A DNA stretch of 34,489 nucleotides from Candidatus Hydrothermarchaeota archaeon. GTDB taxonomy: Archaea > CAYFZR01. Under the pieces are notes generated by a model. It searched no databases, had not been told where the DNA came from, and was given only the letters and a program-made list of their open reading frames with translations. The translations under genes were made by a program, and so were the position numbers. Where the stretch lies: positions 1 to 34,489 of the forward strand of contig JBHIEG010000022.1 in the NCBI GenBank assembly GCA_046760505.1, read 5' to 3'. This document shows positions 17,661 through 24,692 of this stretch, piece by piece. Numbering within the stretch: position 1 is the first letter of the stretch; every line of letters starts with the position of its first letter.

Positions 17661-18334
17661 TGGATCATGTAATTGTATGTGGATATGGAACAATAGGGGA
17701 AGGCGTAGTCAATGACCTGAAGGAAAAGGGAGTAGACATGGTTATCATTGATAAAGACGAGGAGCGCTTGAAGGAATTAAAAGATAAAGGTATTGTTGGG
17801 ATAGTAGGAGATGCAACAAAAAAGGAAACACTGGAAAAGGCAGGAATTCATAAAGCCAGATCCTTAATAACTGTTCTTAGGTCAGATACATCCAATGCAT
17901 TTGTTGTTCTAACGGCGAGATTATTAAATCCGGGAATTAGGATAATTTCAAAGGCAGAAGTTTTAGAGAGTATAGACAAGATGTATAAAGCCGGAGCATC
18001 TAAAGTAGTATCTCCTCTCATGATAGGAGGCAGGATGCTTGCAAAATCAGCTGTTTTACCTTTTGTAGCAGATTTCTTGGACAGAATTACGCTAATGGAG
18101 GATGTAGAAATAGGCCAGTTTACCGTGCAAAAGAATTCAAGTGCTAAAGATAAATCACTGAAAGAACTTAGGTTTAGGGAGATTACTGGTGCATCTATTA
18201 TCGGAATATGGAAAAAAGGTAATTTAAATACGAGTCCAAGCCCTGAGGAAATATTGGAAGAAGGATCAATAATTCTTGCAATGGGAACTCGAGAGGAATT
18301 AAAAAAGGTTAGAGAACTCTTAGAAGGAATCTGA
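17657..18334 (+). CDS. Soluble RCK (TrkA-N + TrkA-C) protein
   Basis: HVIVCGYGTIG, GDAT, LEKAGI; paralogous to the channel's cytoplasmic part; ATGA coupling. Confidence 0.92.
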   Translation: MMDHVIVCGYGTIGEGVVNDLKEKGVDMVIIDKDEERLKELKDKGIVGIVGDATKKETLEKAGIHKARSLITVLRSDTSNAFVVLTARLLNPGIRIISKAEVLESIDKMYKAGASKVVSPLMIGGRMLAKSAVLPFVADFLDRITLMEDVEIGQFTVQKNSSAKDKSLKELRFREITGASIIGIWKKGNLNTSPSPEEILEEGSIILAMGTREELKKVRELLEGI

Positions 18335-18342
18335 TTGAAAAA

Positions 18343-19479
18343 TCATTCAAATCTCAAGGCATCCACTGGATTAAGCCTCGAAGCCCGGTAGGCGGGATAT
18401 AAACCTCCCAGCACTCCTAGTGACACAGCAAAAACCATGGCTTTAAGAGCCAGTGATGGCGTAACTACTGCTGTTAGTGCAGGAAAGGAAATTTTTATCG
18501 AGAATACAGTTCCAATTCCCAGCGTGATTCCTAGTATGCCTCCTATGAATCCAAGAACTAGGGATTCAATGAGGATATTCTTTAAAACATCTAGGTTGCT
18601 CCACCCCATCGCCTTTAATAATCCTATTTCTCTCGTCCTTTCAATTACAGACATTAGCATCGTATTCGCTATGCCAATCCCACCTACTATGGCTGCGATA
18701 CCTGAAACAGCCCAAGAGGCTGTTCTAACTGTGGACATCAGACTTTCGAGCTCTTCAGTCATTTCCTCAGGGGTATGGGCGTCCAATTCATCAAACCTTA
18801 ATTCAATAATGCTTGCTATCCTTTCCATTTCAGAGGGATCTTCAGTTTCAACGTTTATGGATGAAACTTCATCTTTGTCAAAGCCAACAATCTCCTGGGC
18901 GATTTCTAGAGGGATAGCAATATAGTTATCAATAGCTCTCGAGCCACTTTCATATATGCCCACAACCCTAAAACTTTTTCCTTCTACCTCAATTTTGCTA
19001 CCAACGCTTTTTTTGAAGTTATCAGCTACGATTTTTCCGAGAACACATGAATATTTGTCATGCGTGGTCAATGTCCTTCCCCTGATTATTCTTGTGGAAT
19101 AAGCGCCTCCTCTCCTTTTTCTTGTCTTTTCAGGGTCTATACCTATGATAGAGGGCATCTGAGGACCCATCTTAATGGATTTACCGTCTATATTCCATAC
19201 GGGTGCAAATATTTCAGGCGAGGCGACTCTTACCCCCTTAATATTTTCTATTTTTTCTGCGTAATCTATCGATATTTTGCTGAAAACAGGGTCCATGACA
19301 TCGTCTTCCCAAACCATTATGTTCTGTATCTTTCCTATGGCCTCTGATGCCTCATGCTCTAATCCTTCTGAGATCGATACGAGTGCGATTACAGCCGCTA
19401 CACCTATTGTTATTCCTAAAATCGCCAGGAATGTTCTTGCTTTTCTCCTAGTTAGGTTTTTCAGGGCGAAATATATCAT
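18343..19479 (-). CDS. ABC transporter permease, MacB/FtsX family
   Basis: Minus strand: 18343 is TCA and the reverse complement reads PVDALRFE*. KNLTRRKARTFLAILGITIGV, GGIGIANTMLMSVIERTREIG, YPAYRASRLNP. ATG 19479. Confidence 0.95.
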   Translation of the reverse strand: MIYFALKNLTRRKARTFLAILGITIGVAAVIALVSISEGLEHEASEAIGKIQNIMVWEDDVMDPVFSKISIDYAEKIENIKGVRVASPEIFAPVWNIDGKSIKMGPQMPSIIGIDPEKTRKRRGGAYSTRIIRGRTLTTHDKYSCVLGKIVADNFKKSVGSKIEVEGKSFRVVGIYESGSRAIDNYIAIPLEIAQEIVGFDKDEVSSINVETEDPSEMERIASIIELRFDELDAHTPEEMTEELESLMSTVRTASWAVSGIAAIVGGIGIANTMLMSVIERTREIGLLKAMGWSNLDVLKNILIESLVLGFIGGILGITLGIGTVFSIKISFPALTAVVTPSLALKAMVFAVSLGVLGGLYPAYRASRLNPVDALRFE

Positions 19480-19830
19480 AAATATATTTAGATAACAATT
19501 AGGGGTTAATATCTTGTGGTTTGCCAATCAGATATCGAGTCAATATTTTCGATAAATTGCAAAAAAGTTACGTTTTCGATAAAAAATCCGTAAAAATGCC
19601 AAGACAAATTAAATAAATTACTACATCCAATCTTATATTGAAGGCGCCGTATATCTTTAAGGATGGGGAGATTTTTTGGCGCCTTCGCCTTTGCCTTTAA
19701 TATCTTTAATATAATTCTCTTGATTAAATCCATGCATTGAAAATACCTTTATAATGCAGATTGATATAGTGTAGAATTGTCCAAATTCCAAGCTTAATAA
19801 AAAACACGGTCAGTTAGAGAAGGAAAAAAG

Positions 19831-20409
19831 ATGAAAGATCTTGATCTGAAACAAGAAATTATTAGAAAAGCAGTTCACTTGACATCCGTTATCATAGTAT
19901 TGCTCTACTATATGCTGGATAAAAATATCACTCTATTTCTCTTGACCGTGGTCTTGATCATACTTATAGAAATAGAATTTGTTAGAATAGAATGGGGTAA
20001 GAAAATTCCCTTTTTCTGGAGATTTTTCAGAGAAAAGGAAAGAGAGTCGCTGGGAGGAGAGGTATTTCTTTTGATCGGTGCAATAATAGCCATAAGTGTG
20101 TTCGATAAAGAGATAGCATCCGCAGCCATTTTAATGACGACGTTTGGGGACATGTCTGCTGCAATATTTGGAAAGGCATTTGGGAAAAAAAAGGTGCCTA
20201 AACTTGAAAGTAAGTACGTGGAGGGGTGCTTAGCCGAGCTTTTCATCGACATTGGGATAGGATATTTTTTCTTGCAAAATTTAGTTGTCTCATTGATTAT
20301 GGCGGTTACGGCTACTACAGTAGAGACAATTGTGACAAAACTTGATGATAATCTTCTTATTCCCCTGTTCGCAGGTTTCAACGGTCAATTGGCTTTAATT
20401 CTATTCTAG
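19831..20409 (+). CDS. CTP-dependent polyprenol/dolichol/phytol kinase-like membrane protein (SEC59/DGK1/VTE5 family)
   Basis: EIIRKAVH, FGDMSAAIFGKAFG, KYVEG, DDNLLIPL. Confidence 0.85.
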   Translation: MKDLDLKQEIIRKAVHLTSVIIVLLYYMLDKNITLFLLTVVLIILIEIEFVRIEWGKKIPFFWRFFREKERESLGGEVFLLIGAIIAISVFDKEIASAAILMTTFGDMSAAIFGKAFGKKKVPKLESKYVEGCLAELFIDIGIGYFFLQNLVVSLIMAVTATTVETIVTKLDDNLLIPLFAGFNGQLALILF

Positions 20410-20457
20410 TGGCTTAAAATTCAAATATGTTCTGCTAATGATTTTTGCACTGTAATC

Positions 20458-20637
20458 TTATAAAGCTGTCAAGTTTTCCAATTTAAGCCTCTTTCTTTCT
20501 TCATTCAAGTATTTTTTTAAGGCATTTCTGATAATTGCTGACTTACTTATCTCATAGCCAAACTTTTCTTCAAAATCTGTTATGAATTTCTCCATTTCCC
20601 GAAAGGTTTTAGCATCTATATTTACCGACACAATCAT
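20458..20637 (-). CDS. Ribbon-helix-helix (CopG-like) DNA-binding protein, 59 aa, not in the ORF track
   Basis: Hand translation MIVSVNIDAKTFREMEKFITDFEEKFGYEISKSAIIRNALKKYLNEERKRLKLENLTAL*: beta-strand IVSVNI, then helix, then SKSAIIRNALKKYL RHH signature. Confidence 0.82.
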   Translation of the reverse strand: MIVSVNIDAKTFREMEKFITDFEEKFGYEISKSAIIRNALKKYLNEERKRLKLENLTAL

Positions 20638-20667
20638 AACAGATTTAATATCTCTCTAATGATTTAT

Positions 20668-20684
20668 AAATTTGATTCAAATTT
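20668..20684. promoter_or_regulatory. Palindromic putative operator in a divergent promoter region
   Basis: AAATTTGA-T-TCAAATTT, perfect 8-bp arms, about 30 nt upstream of the RHH ATG and overlapping TTTATAAA (20663-20670). Confidence 0.45.
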
Positions 20685-20770
20685 CATACAAATATTAATT
20701 ATACTAAATGATAAAATTTATATATATTTATTAATAATAATTAAGAATCCTGATAACTGGAGGTGAGAAT

Positions 20771-20905
20771 ATGAAATCCTGTGAAAAATGCCGCTACTAC
20801 GGACATTACCACCCCAAGTGGTGTTACTTCCTTGGAATAGAAAATAAAAACACTGAAGTAGCCCAACACTGTGGATACTTCGTCAATAGGGAATTGAATT
20901 TCTGA
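20771..20905 (+). CDS. 44-aa four-cysteine microprotein, not in the ORF track
   Basis: GGAGGTGA SD at 20759-20766; MKSCEKCRYYGHYHPKWCYFLGIENKNTEVAQHCGYFVNRELNF*; upstream TTTATATA. Confidence 0.75.
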   Translation: MKSCEKCRYYGHYHPKWCYFLGIENKNTEVAQHCGYFVNRELNF

Positions 20906-21003
20906 TAAACAACGCCACAAAGAAAACTTGGGGTTCAACCCATTCTCGACTTTTTAATTTTAAACCAGAATTTCATACGTTTGTTTATAAATGTCTTTAA
21001 AGA

Positions 21004-22143
21004 TCATTTGTAAAAGGCAAGAGTATTGTTTCCCTCCAATTCTGTTGTTCCAATGAACAAACTTCCATTGGAGATCGCTGGACTTGAAAATAAACGGCCA
21101 TTTGTCTTGAATTTCCATTTTAACTGCCCGCTTTTAGCATCTAGCGCATACAAATAGTGATCATCTGATCCAATGTATACTACACCAGATTTAAAGTATC
21201 CTTTTCCCCTAGAAACCACCGGACTTGAGTATATGCGGCCTCCAGTCTCGTATTCCCATTTAAGCTTCCCGGTATTGGCGTCTAACGCATATACGTGGTT
21301 GTCCCAAGATCCAACATAGACAATACCATCATAGACCGCGGGACTTGATTTCACATCATCTCTTGTCTCATATTTCCATATTAATTCTCCACTTTTTGCG
21401 TCTAAAGCATATAGGTAATTGTCATCAGATCCAACATAAACAATATCATTATAAATCGCGGGACTTGATTCTACGTCTCCTAAGGTTCTAAATTTCCATA
21501 TTAATTCTCCACTTTTTGCGTCTAAAGCATATAGGTAATTGTCATCAGATCCAACATAAACAATATCGTTATAAATCGCGGGACTTGATTTCACGCGAGA
21601 ATTTGTCTTCGATTTCCATATTAACTCTCCACTTTTTGCGTCTAAAGCATACAAACAACCATCGAGGGCTCCAACGTAAACTATTCCCTCCCGAGGTGAA
21701 GGACTGGAGTAATACAGTGGAACACCGGTCCCATATTTCCATATTAACTCTCCACTTTTTGCATCCAAAGCGTAGATGTAGCTGTCCCAAGATCCAACAT
21801 AGACAATACCATTATAAACAGCGGGACTGGAGTATACTCTGTCTCCGGTTTTAAATTTCCATATTAACTCTCCACTTTTTGCATCCAAAGCGTAGATGTA
21901 GCTGTCCCAAGATCCAACATAGACAATACCATTATAAACAGCGGGACTGGAGTATACTCTGTCTCCGGTTTTAAAACTCCACTTGAGTTTTAGGGGCGGT
22001 TCTAAATTTTCTGAAGTTACGCCTGAGTGCTGAACATCATGTCTAAACATTGGCCAATTTTCATTAATTGATTTTTCAGATTTAAGACAGTCCACATTAA
22101 ATAAAATCAGAATTAAAACCGCCATGAGGATGTATTTCCTCAT
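21004..22143 (-). CDS. Secreted PQQ-like (BamB-type) beta-propeller repeat protein
   Basis: Signal peptide MRKYILMAVLILILF, WPMFRHD, about eight 40-aa repeats SSPAVYxGIVYVGSxDxxLYALDAKSGELIWK. ATG 22143 after GGTGGTGA. Confidence 0.93.
   Translation of the reverse strand: MRKYILMAVLILILFNVDCLKSEKSINENWPMFRHDVQHSGVTSENLEPPLKLKWSFKTGDRVYSSPAVYNGIVYVGSWDSYIYALDAKSGELIWKFKTGDRVYSSPAVYNGIVYVGSWDSYIYALDAKSGELIWKYGTGVPLYYSSPSPREGIVYVGALDGCLYALDAKSGELIWKSKTNSRVKSSPAIYNDIVYVGSDDNYLYALDAKSGELIWKFRTLGDVESSPAIYNDIVYVGSDDNYLYALDAKSGELIWKYETRDDVKSSPAVYDGIVYVGSWDNHVYALDANTGKLKWEYETGGRIYSSPVVSRGKGYFKSGVVYIGSDDHYLYALDAKSGQLKWKFKTNGRLFSSPAISNGSLFIGTTELEGNNTLAFYK
21372..21590. repeat. Near-identical 99-bp direct repeat at 120-bp period
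   Basis: 21372-21470 vs 21492-21590, one mismatch (21448 A / 21568 G). Confidence 0.9.
21735..21975. repeat. Exact 120-bp tandem duplication
   Basis: 21735-21855 is identical to 21855-21975. Confidence 0.95.
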
Positions 22144-22216
22144 TTTCACCACCTTTTAATAAAGGTGGAGGTAAGTCACACTGTCATACTTTCTAGGGGG
22201 GATAAATACATTTCGA

Positions 22217-22611
22217 TCAGGTAGTAGAGCAACTTTTATCAAATACTGGAATTCTTTCCACGAAATTTATTTCTGCCTTAATATCTTAGATTATACTTTA
22301 AGAGAGCATAAGGCTTTGATTTTTCAATCTCGTAACCTTGAGTTGCAAATATTTTCTTTGTCCTTCAACATATCTTCCTTTGATTTTTTAGAGACATAGT
22401 TGAAGTCTAAATCAATTGATAGTCTACTTATTTTAAGATAGATAAAGTTGATAGCGGTTCCACCCTTTAAAACAAGCGTTTCTCTCAGAAAATTTTCTTC
22501 GTAAATCGCCTTCAATAAGAATGTTAGCCTGTAGACTTTTTCCAAAATATCCTTCTGAAACCTGGTTTTCTCTGATAAATCCTCGAAATATTTCCTATCG
22601 ACCTCAAGCAA
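22217..22611 (-). pseudogene. AbiEii-family nucleotidyltransferase toxin, frameshifted and deleted
   Basis: ILEKVYRL, LKGGTAIN, RLSIDLDF, then continues in other frames as IFATQGYEIEKSKPYALLKYNLRY* and IKAEINFVERIPVF. Confidence 0.82.
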
Positions 22612-22670
22612 ATCGAATCAACTCTTCTAAATTTCTTCTAGGCCTCCTGCATAATCCATGGATCGATTTT
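22604..22670 (-). pseudogene. Remnant of AbiEi antitoxin
   Basis: DYAGGLEEI* followed by NLEELIRFA*, whose TGA overlaps the start of the toxin ORF. Confidence 0.5.
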
Positions 22671-22812
22671 CTGACTCCATACACTACTCAGCGCCAATGG
22701 GGGTTCGAACGAAATTGTAAAACCTAAATTATCGCAAAAATATTGCTCTATTTATTAGCGTTTTTTGTAAAAAATAAGCAAGTACATTGGATTTTTAATA
22801 TGATATTGGTAG

Positions 22813-22898
22813 TGCAGGGGAGGGGATTTGAACCCCCGAAGGCACTACTGCCAACAGATCTTAAGTCTGTCCCCTTTGACCTTCTCGGGCACCCCTGC
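22813..22898 (-). tRNA. tRNA-Leu(TAA), CCA not encoded
   Basis: GCAGGGG...ACAGA-CT-TAA-GA-TCTGT, variable arm GGCAGTAGTGCC, GGGGGTTCAAATCCCCT, CCCCTGC-A followed by CTA. Confidence 0.97.
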
Positions 22899-22907
22899 AC
22901 GACAAAC

Positions 22908-22933
22908 ATATTTAAATATAGGTGTCTTAAAAG
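22908..22933. promoter_or_regulatory. Compact divergent promoter for tRNA-Leu and rpl40e
   Basis: TTTAAATA at 22911-22918 (+) within palindrome ATATTTAAATAT; TTTTAAGA on the minus strand at about 22925-22932. Confidence 0.5.
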
Positions 22934-22950
22934 TTTGCTGGTGCTTGAAA

Positions 22951-23118
22951 ATGCCGATTCCACAACCAGAATTAAGGGAAATTGCATCTAAGAGACTGCT
23001 GAACAAGAAGATTTGCCGTGATTGCGGCGCTAAAAATCCCTGGAATGCTAAAAGATGTAGAAAGTGCAGGGGAACCAACCTAAGATCCAAGCACAAGGAA
23101 CTAGGAAGAGGAAAGTAA
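22951..23118 (+). CDS. rpl40e: 50S ribosomal protein L40e
   Basis: [29 protein letters not shown]. True start ATG 22951; the track ORF from 22828 runs through the tRNA. Confidence 0.95.
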   Translation: MPIPQPELREIASKRLLNKKICRDCGAKNPWNAKRCRKCRGTNLRSKHKELGRGK

Positions 23119-23119
23119 T

Positions 23120-23764
23120 CTACCTGATTCCAAGTATCTTTTCTACCGTGGGTTTAAAATGCTCGTAGTAATGGGCGGAATTGCTAAATGTGGTCAATGA
23201 AGACATTTCCACTCCTATTTTCTCCCCAACATATTTCCCCAATTCCGTAAATGCATATTGATTTGCCATCCATGCTTCTCCTAAATCATTAGATCTTAGA
23301 TAACATGTGAGGTGCAACTTATTATCTCTAACTTTAAAGTCTGTTACAATTAGGCATGGAATATCTTCTGCATACAAATCAACCCATGGATACCATGTTA
23401 TTGCGATGGCTCTCCTGCTCTCTTTAAAATCGGATAGAATCCTTATAACTTCATTTATTTGGTCTATTCTCTTCTCTCCTACACTATAATCCCTCAGTCT
23501 TTCTCCATACGTATAAACGAATCCTGTGGGATTTTCTGGGGTCAAGAGTTGTGGAACGTAGTTCTCTCTTACCGCTTCTTCCTTTAATGGATAGAGGGGA
23601 TGAAGTCTGTTCTCAAAGGGCTTTTGAATGTGTATAAGTAGGCCTAAGATTTCCCTTGTCTTCTGTTCATGCCCTGCCATAATATCTCTTCCATTTCGAT
23701 ATATAACTTCAAGAGCCCTAACCCATGCTTCGCTTGGAGTTTTAGCATTAATGTAGTGAGGCAT
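23120..23764 (-). CDS. thyA: Thymidylate synthase, archaeal type
   Basis: GFVYTYGERL, SRRAIA, DIPCL (catalytic Cys), RSND, AN (dUMP-specifying Asn), SAHYY. ATG 23764 after AGGTGG. Confidence 0.88.
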   Translation of the reverse strand: MPHYINAKTPSEAWVRALEVIYRNGRDIMAGHEQKTREILGLLIHIQKPFENRLHPLYPLKEEAVRENYVPQLLTPENPTGFVYTYGERLRDYSVGEKRIDQINEVIRILSDFKESRRAIAITWYPWVDLYAEDIPCLIVTDFKVRDNKLHLTCYLRSNDLGEAWMANQYAFTELGKYVGEKIGVEMSSLTTFSNSAHYYEHFKPTVEKILGIR

Positions 23765-23765
23765 A

Positions 23766-24692
23766 TCAACCACCTTTTTTGTTTGCTAAAAGTTTTTTTG
23801 CACTTACCATGTTTCTAAGTTTTTTAAATGCTACATCTCTCGGTAACAATCTCATACCACAGTCTGGGTCTATGATTATGTTTTCATTGCCAAGCCTTGA
23901 AACAGCGTAGTTTATTAAATCGAAAATAAAGTTCACATCCTCTACTGAGGAAGTTTTTGTGTCTACACATCCAAATCCTATTTTTTTATCTGATCGTCTT
24001 ATTTCATCTACTTCGAGCAAATCAAGGTTTCCTGGATTTCCCCCAAACTCAAGATCTAGGTAATCAATGTATTTGACTTCTAGCAGATCCAGGAACACAT
24101 CTCTGACATCTCCGCAAACGTGTAGTAAAACAGGTATGTTCAAATGCTTTGCTATGAACTCTACCGCTTCTATTCCGAGGGTTAAGTCTACTGTTCCTGT
24201 AGAGAAAACAGGCTCGTCTATCTGTAGGGCTACCGCTTTGTTTTGCTCAAGTTTCTTAGCCTCATATCTCATTACGATAGCCAGATCCATTACTAGATCT
24301 TCGATTCTATTTTTGTATGGAGATTTTTCCACATTGAGAGAATGGGCCATCGTACTTGGTCCGGTTATTATTCCTTTCACCCTTGCCTTTGAGTTTTTCC
24401 TCTCTATGATCTTTCGGGTGAAAATTAGATCCTTTACCGTAATCGGAGAGGAAGGAGGAAAGATCTCAGAAGTTACCTCGAGATTTTCATTTATACCTTC
24501 TATTTTTTCTGCAAAAATCCTTATCATATCTGCTCTTACCTGTCCATCCGAGATCCAGTCTATGCCAGCACTTATTTGATCTAAAACTGCCTGTTCAATC
24601 GCATTTTTATACGGATCAAACTTACCAAGCAAGAGATCTTTCAGATTTCTTCTTGGAAGTACTGGATAACTCCCCACTACCGTGGTTATCAT
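23766..24692 (-). CDS. metE: Core (single-domain) methionine synthase, methylcobalamin:homocysteine methyltransferase type
   Basis: MITTVVGSYP, SDGQVR, KGIITGP, QIDEP, Zn ligands LHVCG and PDCG; 308 aa with no folate-binding N-terminal barrel. Confidence 0.92.
   Translation of the reverse strand: MITTVVGSYPVLPRRNLKDLLLGKFDPYKNAIEQAVLDQISAGIDWISDGQVRADMIRIFAEKIEGINENLEVTSEIFPPSSPITVKDLIFTRKIIERKNSKARVKGIITGPSTMAHSLNVEKSPYKNRIEDLVMDLAIVMRYEAKKLEQNKAVALQIDEPVFSTGTVDLTLGIEAVEFIAKHLNIPVLLHVCGDVRDVFLDLLEVKYIDYLDLEFGGNPGNLDLLEVDEIRRSDKKIGFGCVDTKTSSVEDVNFIFDLINYAVSRLGNENIIIDPDCGMRLLPRDVAFKKLRNMVSAKKLLANKKGG

Noticed and set aside
19506-19733. 75-aa minus-strand ORF
   Set aside because: No SD or motif; it spans promoter-like and hairpin sequence.
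20741-20938. 65-aa minus-strand ORF
   Set aside because: Antisense to the better-supported 44-aa microprotein with a perfect SD.
21372-21975. Repeats as a CRISPR array or DGR template/variable pair
   Set aside because: They are in-frame 120-bp coding repeats with no spacers, no adenine-specific mismatch pattern, and no RT or cas gene.
22691-22710. tRNA T-arm-like GCGCCAATGGGGGTTCGAAC as an att site
   Set aside because: It does not match the 3' end of tRNA-Leu or tRNA-Ser in direct orientation and forms no cloverleaf; the GGGGTTCAACCC near 20930 is likewise too short.
22743-22991. ORFs overlapping tRNA-Leu on both strands
   Set aside because: Artefacts of the GC-rich tRNA sequence.
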